Origin: a virus
Reading direction: 5' to 3' (one strand)
DNA length: 64,000 nucleotides
Virus record (IMG/VR): IMGVR_UViG_3300038393_001444
Coordinates: 1-64,000 of that record
A model generated the notes under the pieces. It had not been told where the DNA came from. It saw nothing but the letters and a program-made list of their open reading frames with translations, and did no database searches. Positions within the stretch are counted from its first letter, which is position 1. Each line of letters opens with the position of its first letter. Both the position numbers and the translations under genes were made by a program. Below, one piece after another: positions 32,888-42,557 of this stretch.

Positions 32888-33811
32888 ATGGAACACGCTT
32901 TCGAAAACCTGCCGTCGCACATTTGCTTCAGCGATCTGCTGAAGGCAACGCCCCGCATTGAGGGCGGCGAGCGCGTCATTTATATCGAGGCGTCCAGCCA
33001 AGCGAAGGATCTGCAGGGCGAAGTGATCCTGGCGAAGGCCCTGGCCGAATCGAAGGATTACTACCTGCAGTTCGGCAACCTGGATATCGATCACTACACG
33101 CAAATCGGCAAGCCGAATCCCGCCAAAGGTGCGGCCGGCATTCCCGATTACCTGTTCTACGAGATCGGCCGTCCGACCGAAGTGCGCATTGAGCGCAACC
33201 GCACGTTCGTGAAGGGCCTGATCAAGTCCGGCTTCGGCCCGGCTGCCGAAAAGGCCAACCTGTTCTGGAGCTCGCTGACCGAAGTCAATCCGCCGGAACG
33301 CTGGTATCCGAGCGTCGGCGGCGCGGTCATGGCCAAGGCCGAAGCCACGGATGAATCCACGGGCGCGACCTACCCGGTCATCACGAAGGTGCGCTGGACG
33401 AACATCGGCTTCTCGAAAACGCCGGTCAATCCGGATCTCGCCGAAGTCTCCACGGTGCCGATCGGCGCGCTGGCCAAGTGCTGGACCGCGCACGGCCTGG
33501 ATCTGCGCAAGAGCCTGTCCGCTGGCTACAACACCGATTCCGCAACGATGACCGGCGGCGATGCGCTGCGCGCCGGCAACGGCTCCGGCAGGAAGCAGGG
33601 CGATGGCCTGCGCCTGTACGTGAGCGACTACTTCAGGGATTTCCGCGATCCGTTCGCCAAGCTGGTGCACGACGGCCAAGCCGGTCGTTCGGTCGCCGAC
33701 ATGGTGAAAACCGCCACCACGCATTTCGAGCTCTCGCATTCCGATGCGGCGCGCTACGTCGAAATGTTCCTTGACGATTTGAAACGCAGCACAAAAAGGG
33801 GAAGCCAATGA
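32888..33811 (+). CDS. prohead protease
   Basis: EAS...DLQGEVI...NLDIDH...IGRP...PSVGG...PVN; precedes scaffold and capsid genes. Confidence 0.8.
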   Translation: MEHAFENLPSHICFSDLLKATPRIEGGERVIYIEASSQAKDLQGEVILAKALAESKDYYLQFGNLDIDHYTQIGKPNPAKGAAGIPDYLFYEIGRPTEVRIERNRTFVKGLIKSGFGPAAEKANLFWSSLTEVNPPERWYPSVGGAVMAKAEATDESTGATYPVITKVRWTNIGFSKTPVNPDLAEVSTVPIGALAKCWTAHGLDLRKSLSAGYNTDSATMTGGDALRAGNGSGRKQGDGLRLYVSDYFRDFRDPFAKLVHDGQAGRSVADMVKTATTHFELSHSDAARYVEMFLDDLKRSTKRGSQ

Positions 33812-34656
33812 GCTTTGAAGCACTCACCAATCGTCTGAATGAGATCGGCGATCTCAACAAAGCGCTCGCGGCCGATGCCGATGGTGCTGCAGACGACAAG
33901 AAAATCGCGGCCGCTGCCGCCGATGGCGCAGCCGCTGGCGGCGCGGACGGCGAAGGCGCTGGCGAAGGCAAGGAAGGCGCGACCGCTGGCGATGGCTCGG
34001 CCGGCAATCAGGGCGCGGATGGCGTGGATAACGCCGCCGGCGCAAACGATGAAGGCGGCGGCAATCCGGAAGATGAAGACGAGGACGAGGAAGGTGCAGG
34101 CAACAAGGGTGAAAAGCCCCTGGCCAAGTCCTTCTCGCTGCAGCTGGAAGACGGCACCGAAGTGGAAGCCTTCGATGGCACCGCGCTGATCAAGTCCTTC
34201 ACCGAGCAGCTGGCTGCCGCCGGCGAGCGCCTGCAGACCGTGGAGCTCCACGCGCAGAGCCATAGCGAGCAAGTCATGAAGGCGCTCGGCACTGCCGCCG
34301 ATCTGCTGGCCGGTCAAGCGCATGCGATCAAGACCGCCAACGCCACCATCGCCGCGCAGGGCAAGGCCCTGGAAGAAACCGGCGCGCTGGTCAAGTCGCT
34401 GCAGGAGCGCGTGGAAACCCTGGCCAATGCCGGCCGTGGCCGCGCATCGACCGTGTCGATGAACGAAAAGCCGGCCGCCGATGGCGCGCTGGTCAAGTCC
34501 ATGGGCGAGCCCATGAGCAAGCAAGAAATTCTGGCCAAGTCGCTCGCTGCGATGCAGACCGGAAAGATCTCGGGATTAGAAGCATCCGGTATCGAAACCC
34601 GCGTGAATCTCGGATTGCCTGTCGATCCGGTGCTTCTCGCAAAAATCTCTCAATAA
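33808..34656 (+). CDS. scaffold-like head assembly protein
   Basis: Acidic/G-A-rich region plus coiled coil, many L-x-K(S/A) sites; between protease and capsid. Confidence 0.75.
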   Translation: MSFEALTNRLNEIGDLNKALAADADGAADDKKIAAAAADGAAAGGADGEGAGEGKEGATAGDGSAGNQGADGVDNAAGANDEGGGNPEDEDEDEEGAGNKGEKPLAKSFSLQLEDGTEVEAFDGTALIKSFTEQLAAAGERLQTVELHAQSHSEQVMKALGTAADLLAGQAHAIKTANATIAAQGKALEETGALVKSLQERVETLANAGRGRASTVSMNEKPAADGALVKSMGEPMSKQEILAKSLAAMQTGKISGLEASGIETRVNLGLPVDPVLLAKISQ

Positions 34657-34674
34657 CTACGGGGGTAGTGAAAT

Positions 34675-36144
34675 ATGTTGGATCAACTGATAAATGGTGG
34701 CCAGTCCGGCGCTGCTGCCTCCGGCCTGAGCCAAGCCGGCGACCTGGGCATGGCCGAAGTCGAAGCGCTGAACAAGTCGCTGTCGGCGGGCTACGAGTCC
34801 GATATGAACGGCATGGCTGGCGGCTCCGCGCTGCGCATCCAGTCGCTCGACACCAACCTGCAAGCCACTGTGCAGGACAACAAGCACTTCGCGCTATTCA
34901 ACGCGCTGCCGAAGCCTCGCGCGACGGCCGTGCTCGATGAATGGACCGAGCAGCATTCGATCGGCGGCTTCTTCGGCGGCACGTTCAACGATCAGGATGG
35001 CATCGCCATGGAAACCCAGGGCGACTACACCCGCATGGTCGGTCGCGTGAAGTACATGAGCACCTATCGCAAAGTGCCGATCGTGCTGCAGCAGCAGAAC
35101 AATCTGGCCGACGTGATCACGCTCGAGACCACCAACGGCACCAAGCAGCTGCTCACCGATATCGAAGTCGGCCTGTTCGAAGGCCGCGATGACGTCACGC
35201 CGAAAGCATTCGCCGGCATCCGCCAGCAGCTGGAGTCGCTGAACTCGACCGACAACATCATCGATATGGCTGGCCAAGCGCTGTCCAACATCGATCCGAT
35301 CGCCAAAGCCGCGCAGAACATCTTCGGCTTCGGCAACTTCGGCCGCGCCACCGATATCTATGTGCCGCCGTCGGTCCAGACCGACCTGAACATGGATCTC
35401 GACCCGGCGTTCCGCGTCATGCTCAACGCCAATGCGTCCAGCACGGTGCGCGGCACCCACGTCGCCGGCGTCCAGACCTCCTACGGTCAGATCGCCACGC
35501 AAACCGACGTGTTCATCCGCGATGAAAAGCTGAAGATGCCGTTCGAATCGCGCAACGCGCTGCATGCCGCCGTCGCCGCCGCGAACTCCGCATTCAAGCC
35601 GCAGTCCGTCGCTGCTGTCGCTGGCGCGGGCGGTGCGGATTCCATGTGGACTTCGGCCAATGCCGGCAATTACTACTGGTCGGTCACCGGCATCAACCAG
35701 AACGGCGAATCGCAATCGGTGCAAACCGCGCAAACCGCAGTCGCGTCTGGCCAGCAAGTCACGCTGACCATCACCGGCTCGGCAGGCGGCACCGAAACCG
35801 GCTACGTCATCTATCGCTCGCGCCTGAACGGCACGAACGCGCTGACCGATCTGCGCGAAATGATCCGCGTTCCGAAGTCGGGTGCGACCACCACCTACAT
35901 CGACAAGAACCGCGAAATCCCGGGCTCGACCTGTGCTTTCGTGCTGAACATGACCGCATCCGATCACGCGATCGCATGGCGTCAGTTCATGCCGATGATG
36001 AAGATCGCCATGGCAGCGACGAACAGCCCGATCATCCCGTGGCTGCAAATGATCTGCGGCTATCTGCGCATCACCAAGCGCAACCAGCACTGCATGATCA
36101 AGAACATCGTCACCAACAGCCAAGCGTGGCGTCCGTTCAACTAA
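34675..36144 (+). CDS. major capsid protein
   Basis: N-terminal KSL.AGY...ALR.QSLD as in SPO1/Twort/A511-type capsid proteins; strong codon bias; terminator follows. Confidence 0.9.
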   Translation: MLDQLINGGQSGAAASGLSQAGDLGMAEVEALNKSLSAGYESDMNGMAGGSALRIQSLDTNLQATVQDNKHFALFNALPKPRATAVLDEWTEQHSIGGFFGGTFNDQDGIAMETQGDYTRMVGRVKYMSTYRKVPIVLQQQNNLADVITLETTNGTKQLLTDIEVGLFEGRDDVTPKAFAGIRQQLESLNSTDNIIDMAGQALSNIDPIAKAAQNIFGFGNFGRATDIYVPPSVQTDLNMDLDPAFRVMLNANASSTVRGTHVAGVQTSYGQIATQTDVFIRDEKLKMPFESRNALHAAVAAANSAFKPQSVAAVAGAGGADSMWTSANAGNYYWSVTGINQNGESQSVQTAQTAVASGQQVTLTITGSAGGTETGYVIYRSRLNGTNALTDLREMIRVPKSGATTTYIDKNREIPGSTCAFVLNMTASDHAIAWRQFMPMMKIAMAATNSPIIPWLQMICGYLRITKRNQHCMIKNIVTNSQAWRPFN

Positions 36145-36164
36145 TCCTTCGGGATTGGTGAAAA

Positions 36165-36187
36165 GCCGGGGAAACCCGGCTTTTTTT
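36165..36187 (+). terminator. Rho-independent terminator
   Basis: GCCGGG-gaaa-CCCGGC-T7. Confidence 0.9.
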
Positions 36188-36189
36188 AT

Positions 36190-36204
36190 TCGTGACACTA
36201 GCCT
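36190..36204 (+). promoter_or_regulatory. putative late promoter TCGTGACACTAGCCT
   Basis: Consensus match right after the terminator. Confidence 0.75.
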
Positions 36205-36267
36205 GTAGGCTCGCTGCGGCTTCGGGCCGCCATTCATCCATTTCTGTCTCGAGACAAGGGAATCATC

Positions 36268-36648
36268 ATGCGCATCCTCTGCACTCTGCCGAACGCCTCC
36301 GAACTGATCAACGGCGTGAAGTTCGCCATTCATGAAGCCGGCCGCCTGTCCGAAGAAGTCGCCGAAGAGATCGGCCATGCCTTCCTGGCGATCCCTGGCT
36401 ATCTGCTGCACGAAACGCCGGTGTCGGCGGTCGCGCAAGTGGTCAAGGCCGCCGATCCGGCGCTGGCCGCCGTGGTCGATGGCGCAGTCGCCGTCGCCGG
36501 CGACGTCAAGGAAGTGGCCAAGGATGCCGAAGCCGAAGTGGCTGCCGTCGATGCGGCCGCTGGCCAAGCGCCTTCGGCAGCGGATGCCGAGACTGCCGGC
36601 GACGAGCAAGCGCCGGCTGCGGCTGCCAAGCGCGGCAAGAAAGCCTAA
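36268..36648 (+). CDS. hypothetical protein following the capsid gene
   Basis: AAGGGA SD; Ala-rich tail. Confidence 0.7.
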   Translation: MRILCTLPNASELINGVKFAIHEAGRLSEEVAEEIGHAFLAIPGYLLHETPVSAVAQVVKAADPALAAVVDGAVAVAGDVKEVAKDAEAEVAAVDAAAGQAPSAADAETAGDEQAPAAAAKRGKKA

Positions 36649-36716
36649 TGCGGTTGCCGCTCTGGCGGCGGCACAAGGGAATGCCTTCGACCAATCCTCA
36701 TTTTTAGGGGTGCTTC

Positions 36717-36962
36717 ATGAGCAACAACACTGTGGCGAACAAGCCGCGTCAATCCGCAATCAACAAGATCAGCACCGCCACGGCGCGCGCCAAGCTGGGC
36801 GACGTGGTCGCTGACCTCACCACGCAAGTCAACACGCTGACCACGCAACTCAACGCGCTGCTCACGAAACTCGATACCGCCAATCTGGCCGGCATGGGTA
36901 CGACGAACAAGGCCACCTTCGGCGTGTCGCCCACGTCGGTCGTGAGCATGGAAAACCGCTGA
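36717..36962 (+). CDS. small coiled-coil protein, probably virion-associated
   Basis: VADLTTQVNTLTTQLNALLTKL heptads. Confidence 0.7.
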   Translation: MSNNTVANKPRQSAINKISTATARAKLGDVVADLTTQVNTLTTQLNALLTKLDTANLAGMGTTNKATFGVSPTSVVSMENR

Positions 36963-36986
36963 TCCGGGCGGTCTTTTCGCGGTAGC

Positions 36987-37012
36987 AGGGCGGGGTGATC
37001 CCCCGCCCTTTT
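36987..37012 (+). terminator. Rho-independent terminator
   Basis: AGGGCGGGG-tgatc-CCCCGCCCT-TTT. Confidence 0.75.
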
Positions 37013-37019
37013 CATTGCG

Positions 37020-37034
37020 TCGTGATGCCAGACT
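37020..37034 (+). promoter_or_regulatory. putative late promoter TCGTGATGCCAGACT
   Basis: Consensus match after the terminator. Confidence 0.75.
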
Positions 37035-37052
37035 GCGGCCAAGGGGGAAGGC

Positions 37053-37469
37053 ATGACAGATCAGGTTTCCGTGGTGATCGATAGCGCGCCGCTGCTGGTG
37101 CAGGCGCTCGATCTGTCCATGGACGTGTCGGTCAGCTACCCCGAAGCCGGCCAGGGCGGGGTGCTGGTGATCGAAGCCGCCCCGGTCGTGGTGATGGCGC
37201 AGCAAAACTTTTTCGCGGACGTGGAAATGGTGGCCATTCCCGCCGCCATCGGGGGCGATGTGCAACCAACAGCCAAACGCACCGACGTGGCCTCGGATAC
37301 GGTGATGTATCGCGGCGAGGCGGCGGTCGGCTCGAGCGAGACCGCCAGCGTCTGGCGCATCGCGCGCATCACCACGGATGCCAATGGCGACCTGAAAGAA
37401 GAGTGGGCGAACGGCTCGGCGAGTTTCGCATTCGCCTGGGCCGATCGCGCCAGCCTGGGATACCAATGA
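37053..37469 (+). CDS. putative virion protein (Y.GEA..GS....WRI.RI...W..R.SL.Y)
   Basis: First gene of the fibre-like cassette. Confidence 0.65.
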   Translation: MTDQVSVVIDSAPLLVQALDLSMDVSVSYPEAGQGGVLVIEAAPVVVMAQQNFFADVEMVAIPAAIGGDVQPTAKRTDVASDTVMYRGEAAVGSSETASVWRIARITTDANGDLKEEWANGSASFAFAWADRASLGYQ

Positions 37470-37921
37470 ATACTTACGACGTGATCCGTATTGCCGATGG
37501 CGTGAAGGTGTACGAATACCGCGCCGATGCCCCGATCGAATGGGGCGGCATGGAATTCGCCAACTACAACCATGTGCTGGTGGCGACCGACACAGCATCT
37601 TCGCCTGCGCCGGCTGGCCCCGCGCCGGTATTCGGCGGCAATCGCCACCTGACCAAGCTGGAGTTCCGCAAGCTGCTGCATGCGGGCGAGGAATCGAACA
37701 TCGACCTGATCCGGGCCAAGTTCGAAGATCCCAGCTTCACGTTCAACAGCATTTCGTTCACCGATGCGCAGCGCAACCAGATCCGCGTGATCGCCAACAA
37801 GTACAACGAGGCGACCTATATCGATCTGGATGATCCGGACAACAAGGCGGGCCTGACCTTCTTTGCGCAGATCGGCGCGCTGGAGTCGATCGATCGCGTC
37901 GCGGAGATCCTGAATGGCTAA
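37466..37921 (+). CDS. hypothetical protein, possible fibre chaperone
   Basis: LTKLEFR..L...A.YIDL.D...R..EIL; ATGA overlap. Confidence 0.65.
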   Translation: MNTYDVIRIADGVKVYEYRADAPIEWGGMEFANYNHVLVATDTASSPAPAGPAPVFGGNRHLTKLEFRKLLHAGEESNIDLIRAKFEDPSFTFNSISFTDAQRNQIRVIANKYNEATYIDLDDPDNKAGLTFFAQIGALESIDRVAEILNG

Positions 37922-40160
37922 CAAATACTGCGCGCACAATGCCTACGCCCTGAGCGCCACGGTCACGGCGACGATCAACAGTGGCCAGCTTGTCGTTTCC
38001 GCGATCCAGTCCGGCTACCTCGGCCTAAATGGCGTCATTACTGGCGGCCTGTTGAGTACCGCAAGCCCGGCCCTGTATTACGTCACCAGCCAAGCCGGCG
38101 TGTCCGGCAACGTGACCGGCAACTATGGCATCGGCAACACGACCGGCGTATCCAACGATGGTACGGCGCGCACCTACACCATTTCCGCCGGCCTGCCGTT
38201 TTTGACCACGATCCCTTCGGCGCTGTGGGGCATGCCGCAGGAGGGCGATGGTCTGGCATCCACGCCATCGACGGCAGCGGCCACGGTCACGATCGACCTG
38301 ACCGGCGCGACGGCCGCTGCAGCGGCCACCTTCACGGTGGCGGGCGCGGTGCTGACGTGCGTGGCATCCGGCGCGGGCGCGAATCAGTTCAACGCCGGCA
38401 GCGGTGCGACGCTGGTGGCGAACCTTGTCTCGGCGATCAATGCCGCGACGAACACGGTCAACGCGGCAGCCACTGGCTGGTTTGCGCACCAGCTGCGCGA
38501 TGCCGTGTTTGCCCGCGTCAATCCCGGCAATACATCGAAGCTCGACATCATGACGCGCGCCGGCAGCGCGGTCTATAACGCCAATTCGCTGTTCCAAGTC
38601 GCGCAGGCGAGCTTTACCGGGCTGTCCTCTGCCGGCCCGTGGCAGTTCGCGGGCGGCGTATCCGGCTGCTGGGGCACGGTGTTTTCCGGCGTGAACGTAT
38701 CCGTGCTGCCTTCGGCGATGAACGGCAGCCGCATGTATGGCGTGTGGGGCGCATCGCCGCCGCTGGCTGGCGCATTGAACGCGGGCGACAACGTGTATAT
38801 GCGCGCCAACGTCAACGTGCTGACCGGACCGGGCAACTATTACGACTCGCTCACGATGAAGCCGTGCGGCTCGGTGTCGAACCCGGTCAGCTTCCTGATC
38901 GATGACGGCACGGTTTGGTCGGCAGACGGCACGACGCCGATTTTCACGGTCCTGTCAACGCCACTAGGTGGGCGCGGCAACAACTTCTTCGCCATGACGG
39001 ATTACACGCTCGGCAGCGGCCTGATCCGCGTCTGCGGCAAGCGATACAGCAATGGCAATGCGAATCTCGCGTTCAAGGGTTTGGTGGATGCATACACCCA
39101 AATCGTCGCGCCGTCACAGCTGTATCTGGAGCATGCCGATGTATTTCAGGCGCTTTCCACGTTCACCAACGGCGTCGGCATCAACGTCGCTGGCGGTTTT
39201 TATGTGCCGACTGAGGCGCACTGGCATGATGTGCAACTCACGCAAAATTCGACCGGCTCGATCTACAATCTCAACGCCGGCAACTACAATACGCACAACT
39301 TCCGGCTGACCGGCAGCCAGATCATCAACACCGCGACGTCTGCCACCCCGAACGTGATCGGCATTTCGGGCGGCAACAGCAATTCGCAGCTGGTGCTGGA
39401 TGGCGTGACCTTCAGCGGCTTCGTGCCCGGCTCCAAGCTGCTGCCGGGCACGACTTCCACCTCCGTCGGTGAAATGCGCCTCGCGCTGAAGAACTGCAGC
39501 CTCGGTAACGTGGCTCCGATTCCGTGCTTCGCGGCAAACTCCTGCTTCAGCGGACTGTCCCTTTACGCCGCGTCGGCCACGCAGTTCGGCAACCGCGATT
39601 TCTTCAGCGACACGATGTTCGGCTTCGTGGAATGGAATTCGACCAAGTCGTTTCCGACGCTGCGCGCGCTGCTGCCGGATGGCGTCACGCCCTGGTCGCT
39701 GCATGCGATCCCGACCACGACTGCGGCCAATATCGGCCTGACCAAGCCGTTTGAATTGCCGCGCATTTCCAAGCTGAACAATCTGGCAACCGGGGATCGC
39801 ACGGTCACGGTCGAATTCGCGGTGGAGCAAAGCCAGAACTGGAACTCGTCCAATATCTCGGCCATCTTCGAGTATCAGGCAGCCGATGGCTCGATCGTGG
39901 CCGTGGACTCGCAATCGGGCGCGCTTGGCGTGACCACGGCGCTCACGCCTTCCACGTCGACGTGGTCGAACGAGAAAAATGGGCAGGTGTATTACCCGAT
40001 CGATGCGACCTACCACAACAAGTACAAGTTCTCGTTTTCCACGGTGCCGGGCAAGCAAATGGCAACGGGCACGGAGTTTTCGGTAACGCTGCGCATCTAC
40101 ACCAGCGTATCGAACACCTCGACCGGCGTGTTCATCTGCCCGGAATTGGTGGTCGTGTAA
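37914..40160 (+). CDS. large G/A/S/T/N-rich fibre- or spike-like virion protein
   Basis: Composition and beta-rich character; lies in late operon. Confidence 0.7.
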   Translation: MANKYCAHNAYALSATVTATINSGQLVVSAIQSGYLGLNGVITGGLLSTASPALYYVTSQAGVSGNVTGNYGIGNTTGVSNDGTARTYTISAGLPFLTTIPSALWGMPQEGDGLASTPSTAAATVTIDLTGATAAAAATFTVAGAVLTCVASGAGANQFNAGSGATLVANLVSAINAATNTVNAAATGWFAHQLRDAVFARVNPGNTSKLDIMTRAGSAVYNANSLFQVAQASFTGLSSAGPWQFAGGVSGCWGTVFSGVNVSVLPSAMNGSRMYGVWGASPPLAGALNAGDNVYMRANVNVLTGPGNYYDSLTMKPCGSVSNPVSFLIDDGTVWSADGTTPIFTVLSTPLGGRGNNFFAMTDYTLGSGLIRVCGKRYSNGNANLAFKGLVDAYTQIVAPSQLYLEHADVFQALSTFTNGVGINVAGGFYVPTEAHWHDVQLTQNSTGSIYNLNAGNYNTHNFRLTGSQIINTATSATPNVIGISGGNSNSQLVLDGVTFSGFVPGSKLLPGTTSTSVGEMRLALKNCSLGNVAPIPCFAANSCFSGLSLYAASATQFGNRDFFSDTMFGFVEWNSTKSFPTLRALLPDGVTPWSLHAIPTTTAANIGLTKPFELPRISKLNNLATGDRTVTVEFAVEQSQNWNSSNISAIFEYQAADGSIVAVDSQSGALGVTTALTPSTSTWSNEKNGQVYYPIDATYHNKYKFSFSTVPGKQMATGTEFSVTLRIYTSVSNTSTGVFICPELVVV

Positions 40161-40573
40161 TGGCGAACTTCCTGCACATGGGGAATCCGGCGTTGCCGAA
40201 TCAGTTCGGCACGACAGCCTATCCAGCCTCGCGCGGGCGGTTCACCACGGCCAACGGCTGCGCGGTCGGCAGCCAGTCGCTGCCGACCGATCAGATCGGC
40301 AATTACGCGCTGACGATGACGAACATGGTGCCGGGCTCGTCCTACGAGATCGAGCCGTATGCCGGCGGCGCATCGATCGCGCTGGGCACGGCGGATGCGA
40401 CCGGCCAAGTCACATTGAATATCCCGGTCTACCCGGGCGGCAATAGCGCCAACACGCTGCGCGTGAAGGTGCGCCAGGGAACAGTAGCGCCCTACTACCA
40501 ACCGTATGAGACGCAGGTGATCGCCAGCATCGGATCGTCCTCGCTCTATATCAACCAATTGCCGGATCAGTAA
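40160..40573 (+). CDS. putative virion protein
   Basis: TAATG coupling; beta-rich. Confidence 0.65.
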   Translation: MANFLHMGNPALPNQFGTTAYPASRGRFTTANGCAVGSQSLPTDQIGNYALTMTNMVPGSSYEIEPYAGGASIALGTADATGQVTLNIPVYPGGNSANTLRVKVRQGTVAPYYQPYETQVIASIGSSSLYINQLPDQ

Positions 40574-40575
40574 AT

Positions 40576-42081
40576 ATGACGATCAATAACGCTGATTTCA
40601 CGATCTCCTACAACAGCGGCACGTCCGCCTACGATATCCGGCATACCGGCGCAGGCACGACGATCTACTCGGTGCTGGATCTGCATGCATGGCTGCAGGA
40701 TCTGGCCGATAACGCGACCACCACCGGCTCGGAAAACTTGTCGATCCTGTCGGCGAACCCGTCGAAGCTGGATGGTCCGCGCGATGCCACGGTGGCGTCC
40801 CGCCTGAACCTGATCAACAGCTTCAACATCGATGATACGACCGCGCAGTATTTTCAGAGCGGATCGATCAAGCAGGCCAGCGGCAATACGCTGTATTCCG
40901 GCGTCAAGGCGATCGGTAACTTCGTGGCCGGCTCGCCGTTCTACGTGGTGCAGAACGGTGCCAAGCTGACCTCGTGGTGGGCGGCCGGCTCGCTGCAGAC
41001 GCTGATCAAGGTCAAGGTCGGCGGCGCGTGGATCAACAGCACGATCGCCGGCGGCGCAACGGGCACCGGCTATATCACGGTGTTCTCGCGCAAGTGGGGC
41101 CAGACGTTCTCGCACTTCGACGTGGACATGAAGCCGGGCGGCGAGAACGCGGCCGCTATGTCGACGGCGGTCGATCCGGCCGCCAACGGCGTCACGCAAG
41201 CCACGGCGCTCGGCTACGGCAGCGGCGACGGCACGACCACGCCGAAGATCACGGTGGCCCCGACCACGGCGCAGACCGGCATCAACATCGGCGATGGCGT
41301 GACCGGCAACTACACCGGCACGATCACGATCAGCCCGGCCGGCTCGCTCACGGTGCAGCAGATCTACCTGTATCTGCAAGCGATTTGCGCGGATGGCTCG
41401 GCGGTCAACGTCGGCACCACGCCCGGCTATATGTTCCGGGGCCTGTCCACGTTCCCGGAAAACACCGGCGCGCCGTTCGGCTCCTTCGCCGGCGGCAAAA
41501 TGTTCTTCGCGCAGGGCTGGTATGTCACCGGCTTGGCCCCTGCCGATGCGCTCAACTATGTGCTGACCGATAACGCCGGCACCACGCATCAGAAGCCGGC
41601 GGTGGGCTCGATCCAAGTGGCGAACCTGTCGCAGTACGATTACGTGCTGGTCGGCCGCGATAGCGGCACCGACATGATCACGAATGAATACACGGTCAAC
41701 GGCGCGACCACGTCCAGCACCACGGTCACGATGAACACGACCATCAAGGCGGATACGCCGGCTTCCGGCATCATCCGCATCGCCGGCGTGCCGTATGCCT
41801 ATACCTCGTGGTCCGGCTCGACCTTCACCTTCGCGGCCGCGCAGTCGATCGCCAATGGCGCATCCGCCTGGGTGCCGTTCATCGACACGTCGATCTCGAA
41901 TGCCGGCACCGGCCAGAGCGTCAGCGCATCCTTCACGTTCAGCGCCGGTTTCAACTTCCGCATCCGGGTGCGCTCGGGCACGGGCACCGGCGGCTCCACG
42001 CCGATCATCCCGTTCGAAACCACGGTGGCGGCCTCGTCCGGCGCGGCCTCGGTCAACGTGGTGCGCACCGCCGACGTATAA
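40576..42081 (+). CDS. putative virion structural protein (T/G/A/S-rich)
   Basis: Composition; operon context. Confidence 0.7.
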   Translation: MTINNADFTISYNSGTSAYDIRHTGAGTTIYSVLDLHAWLQDLADNATTTGSENLSILSANPSKLDGPRDATVASRLNLINSFNIDDTTAQYFQSGSIKQASGNTLYSGVKAIGNFVAGSPFYVVQNGAKLTSWWAAGSLQTLIKVKVGGAWINSTIAGGATGTGYITVFSRKWGQTFSHFDVDMKPGGENAAAMSTAVDPAANGVTQATALGYGSGDGTTTPKITVAPTTAQTGINIGDGVTGNYTGTITISPAGSLTVQQIYLYLQAICADGSAVNVGTTPGYMFRGLSTFPENTGAPFGSFAGGKMFFAQGWYVTGLAPADALNYVLTDNAGTTHQKPAVGSIQVANLSQYDYVLVGRDSGTDMITNEYTVNGATTSSTTVTMNTTIKADTPASGIIRIAGVPYAYTSWSGSTFTFAAAQSIANGASAWVPFIDTSISNAGTGQSVSASFTFSAGFNFRIRVRSGTGTGGSTPIIPFETTVAASSGAASVNVVRTADV

Positions 42082-42090
42082 GGGTAAGGC

Positions 42091-42549
42091 ATGATCTTCA
42101 CGCCGAATTGGTCGAGCAAGATCATCGACTGCGACAGCAGCATTACGGATATTCCAGCTGCCCACCTTGCATTGCGGGCGCTGGAAGTCTCGCCCACGGG
42201 CATGCTGTATCCGCCGATCTGCACGTACAAGGAATTGCCGCTCGGCGGCGGCGCGGTCTTTCCGGCGCTGCAGTTCATCAACGGCTACACGCTGCGCTTC
42301 CCGAATGCCGGCAATTACACGATCTCGGGCGGCAATCTCACGGCCACGATCAACCCGGTGGCCGGGGTGTATGTCGAGCGCGCGAGCTCGGCGGCCTATG
42401 CGGTCACCGCCGTGGGCGGCGGCAGCGGCACGAGCAGCGGCACGACGGTCGCGCCGGATGACGTGGCCAATGCGGTATGGGCGCACCCGTTTGCGGCAAC
42501 GCTGCTCACGATCAAGAAATTCCTGAGTTTCAACTTTCTGGATAAATAA
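42091..42549 (+). CDS. putative virion protein
   Basis: Operon context; DVANAVW motif. Confidence 0.65.
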   Translation: MIFTPNWSSKIIDCDSSITDIPAAHLALRALEVSPTGMLYPPICTYKELPLGGGAVFPALQFINGYTLRFPNAGNYTISGGNLTATINPVAGVYVERASSAAYAVTAVGGGSGTSSGTTVAPDDVANAVWAHPFAATLLTIKKFLSFNFLDK

Positions 42550-42557
42550 GGGCTCCC

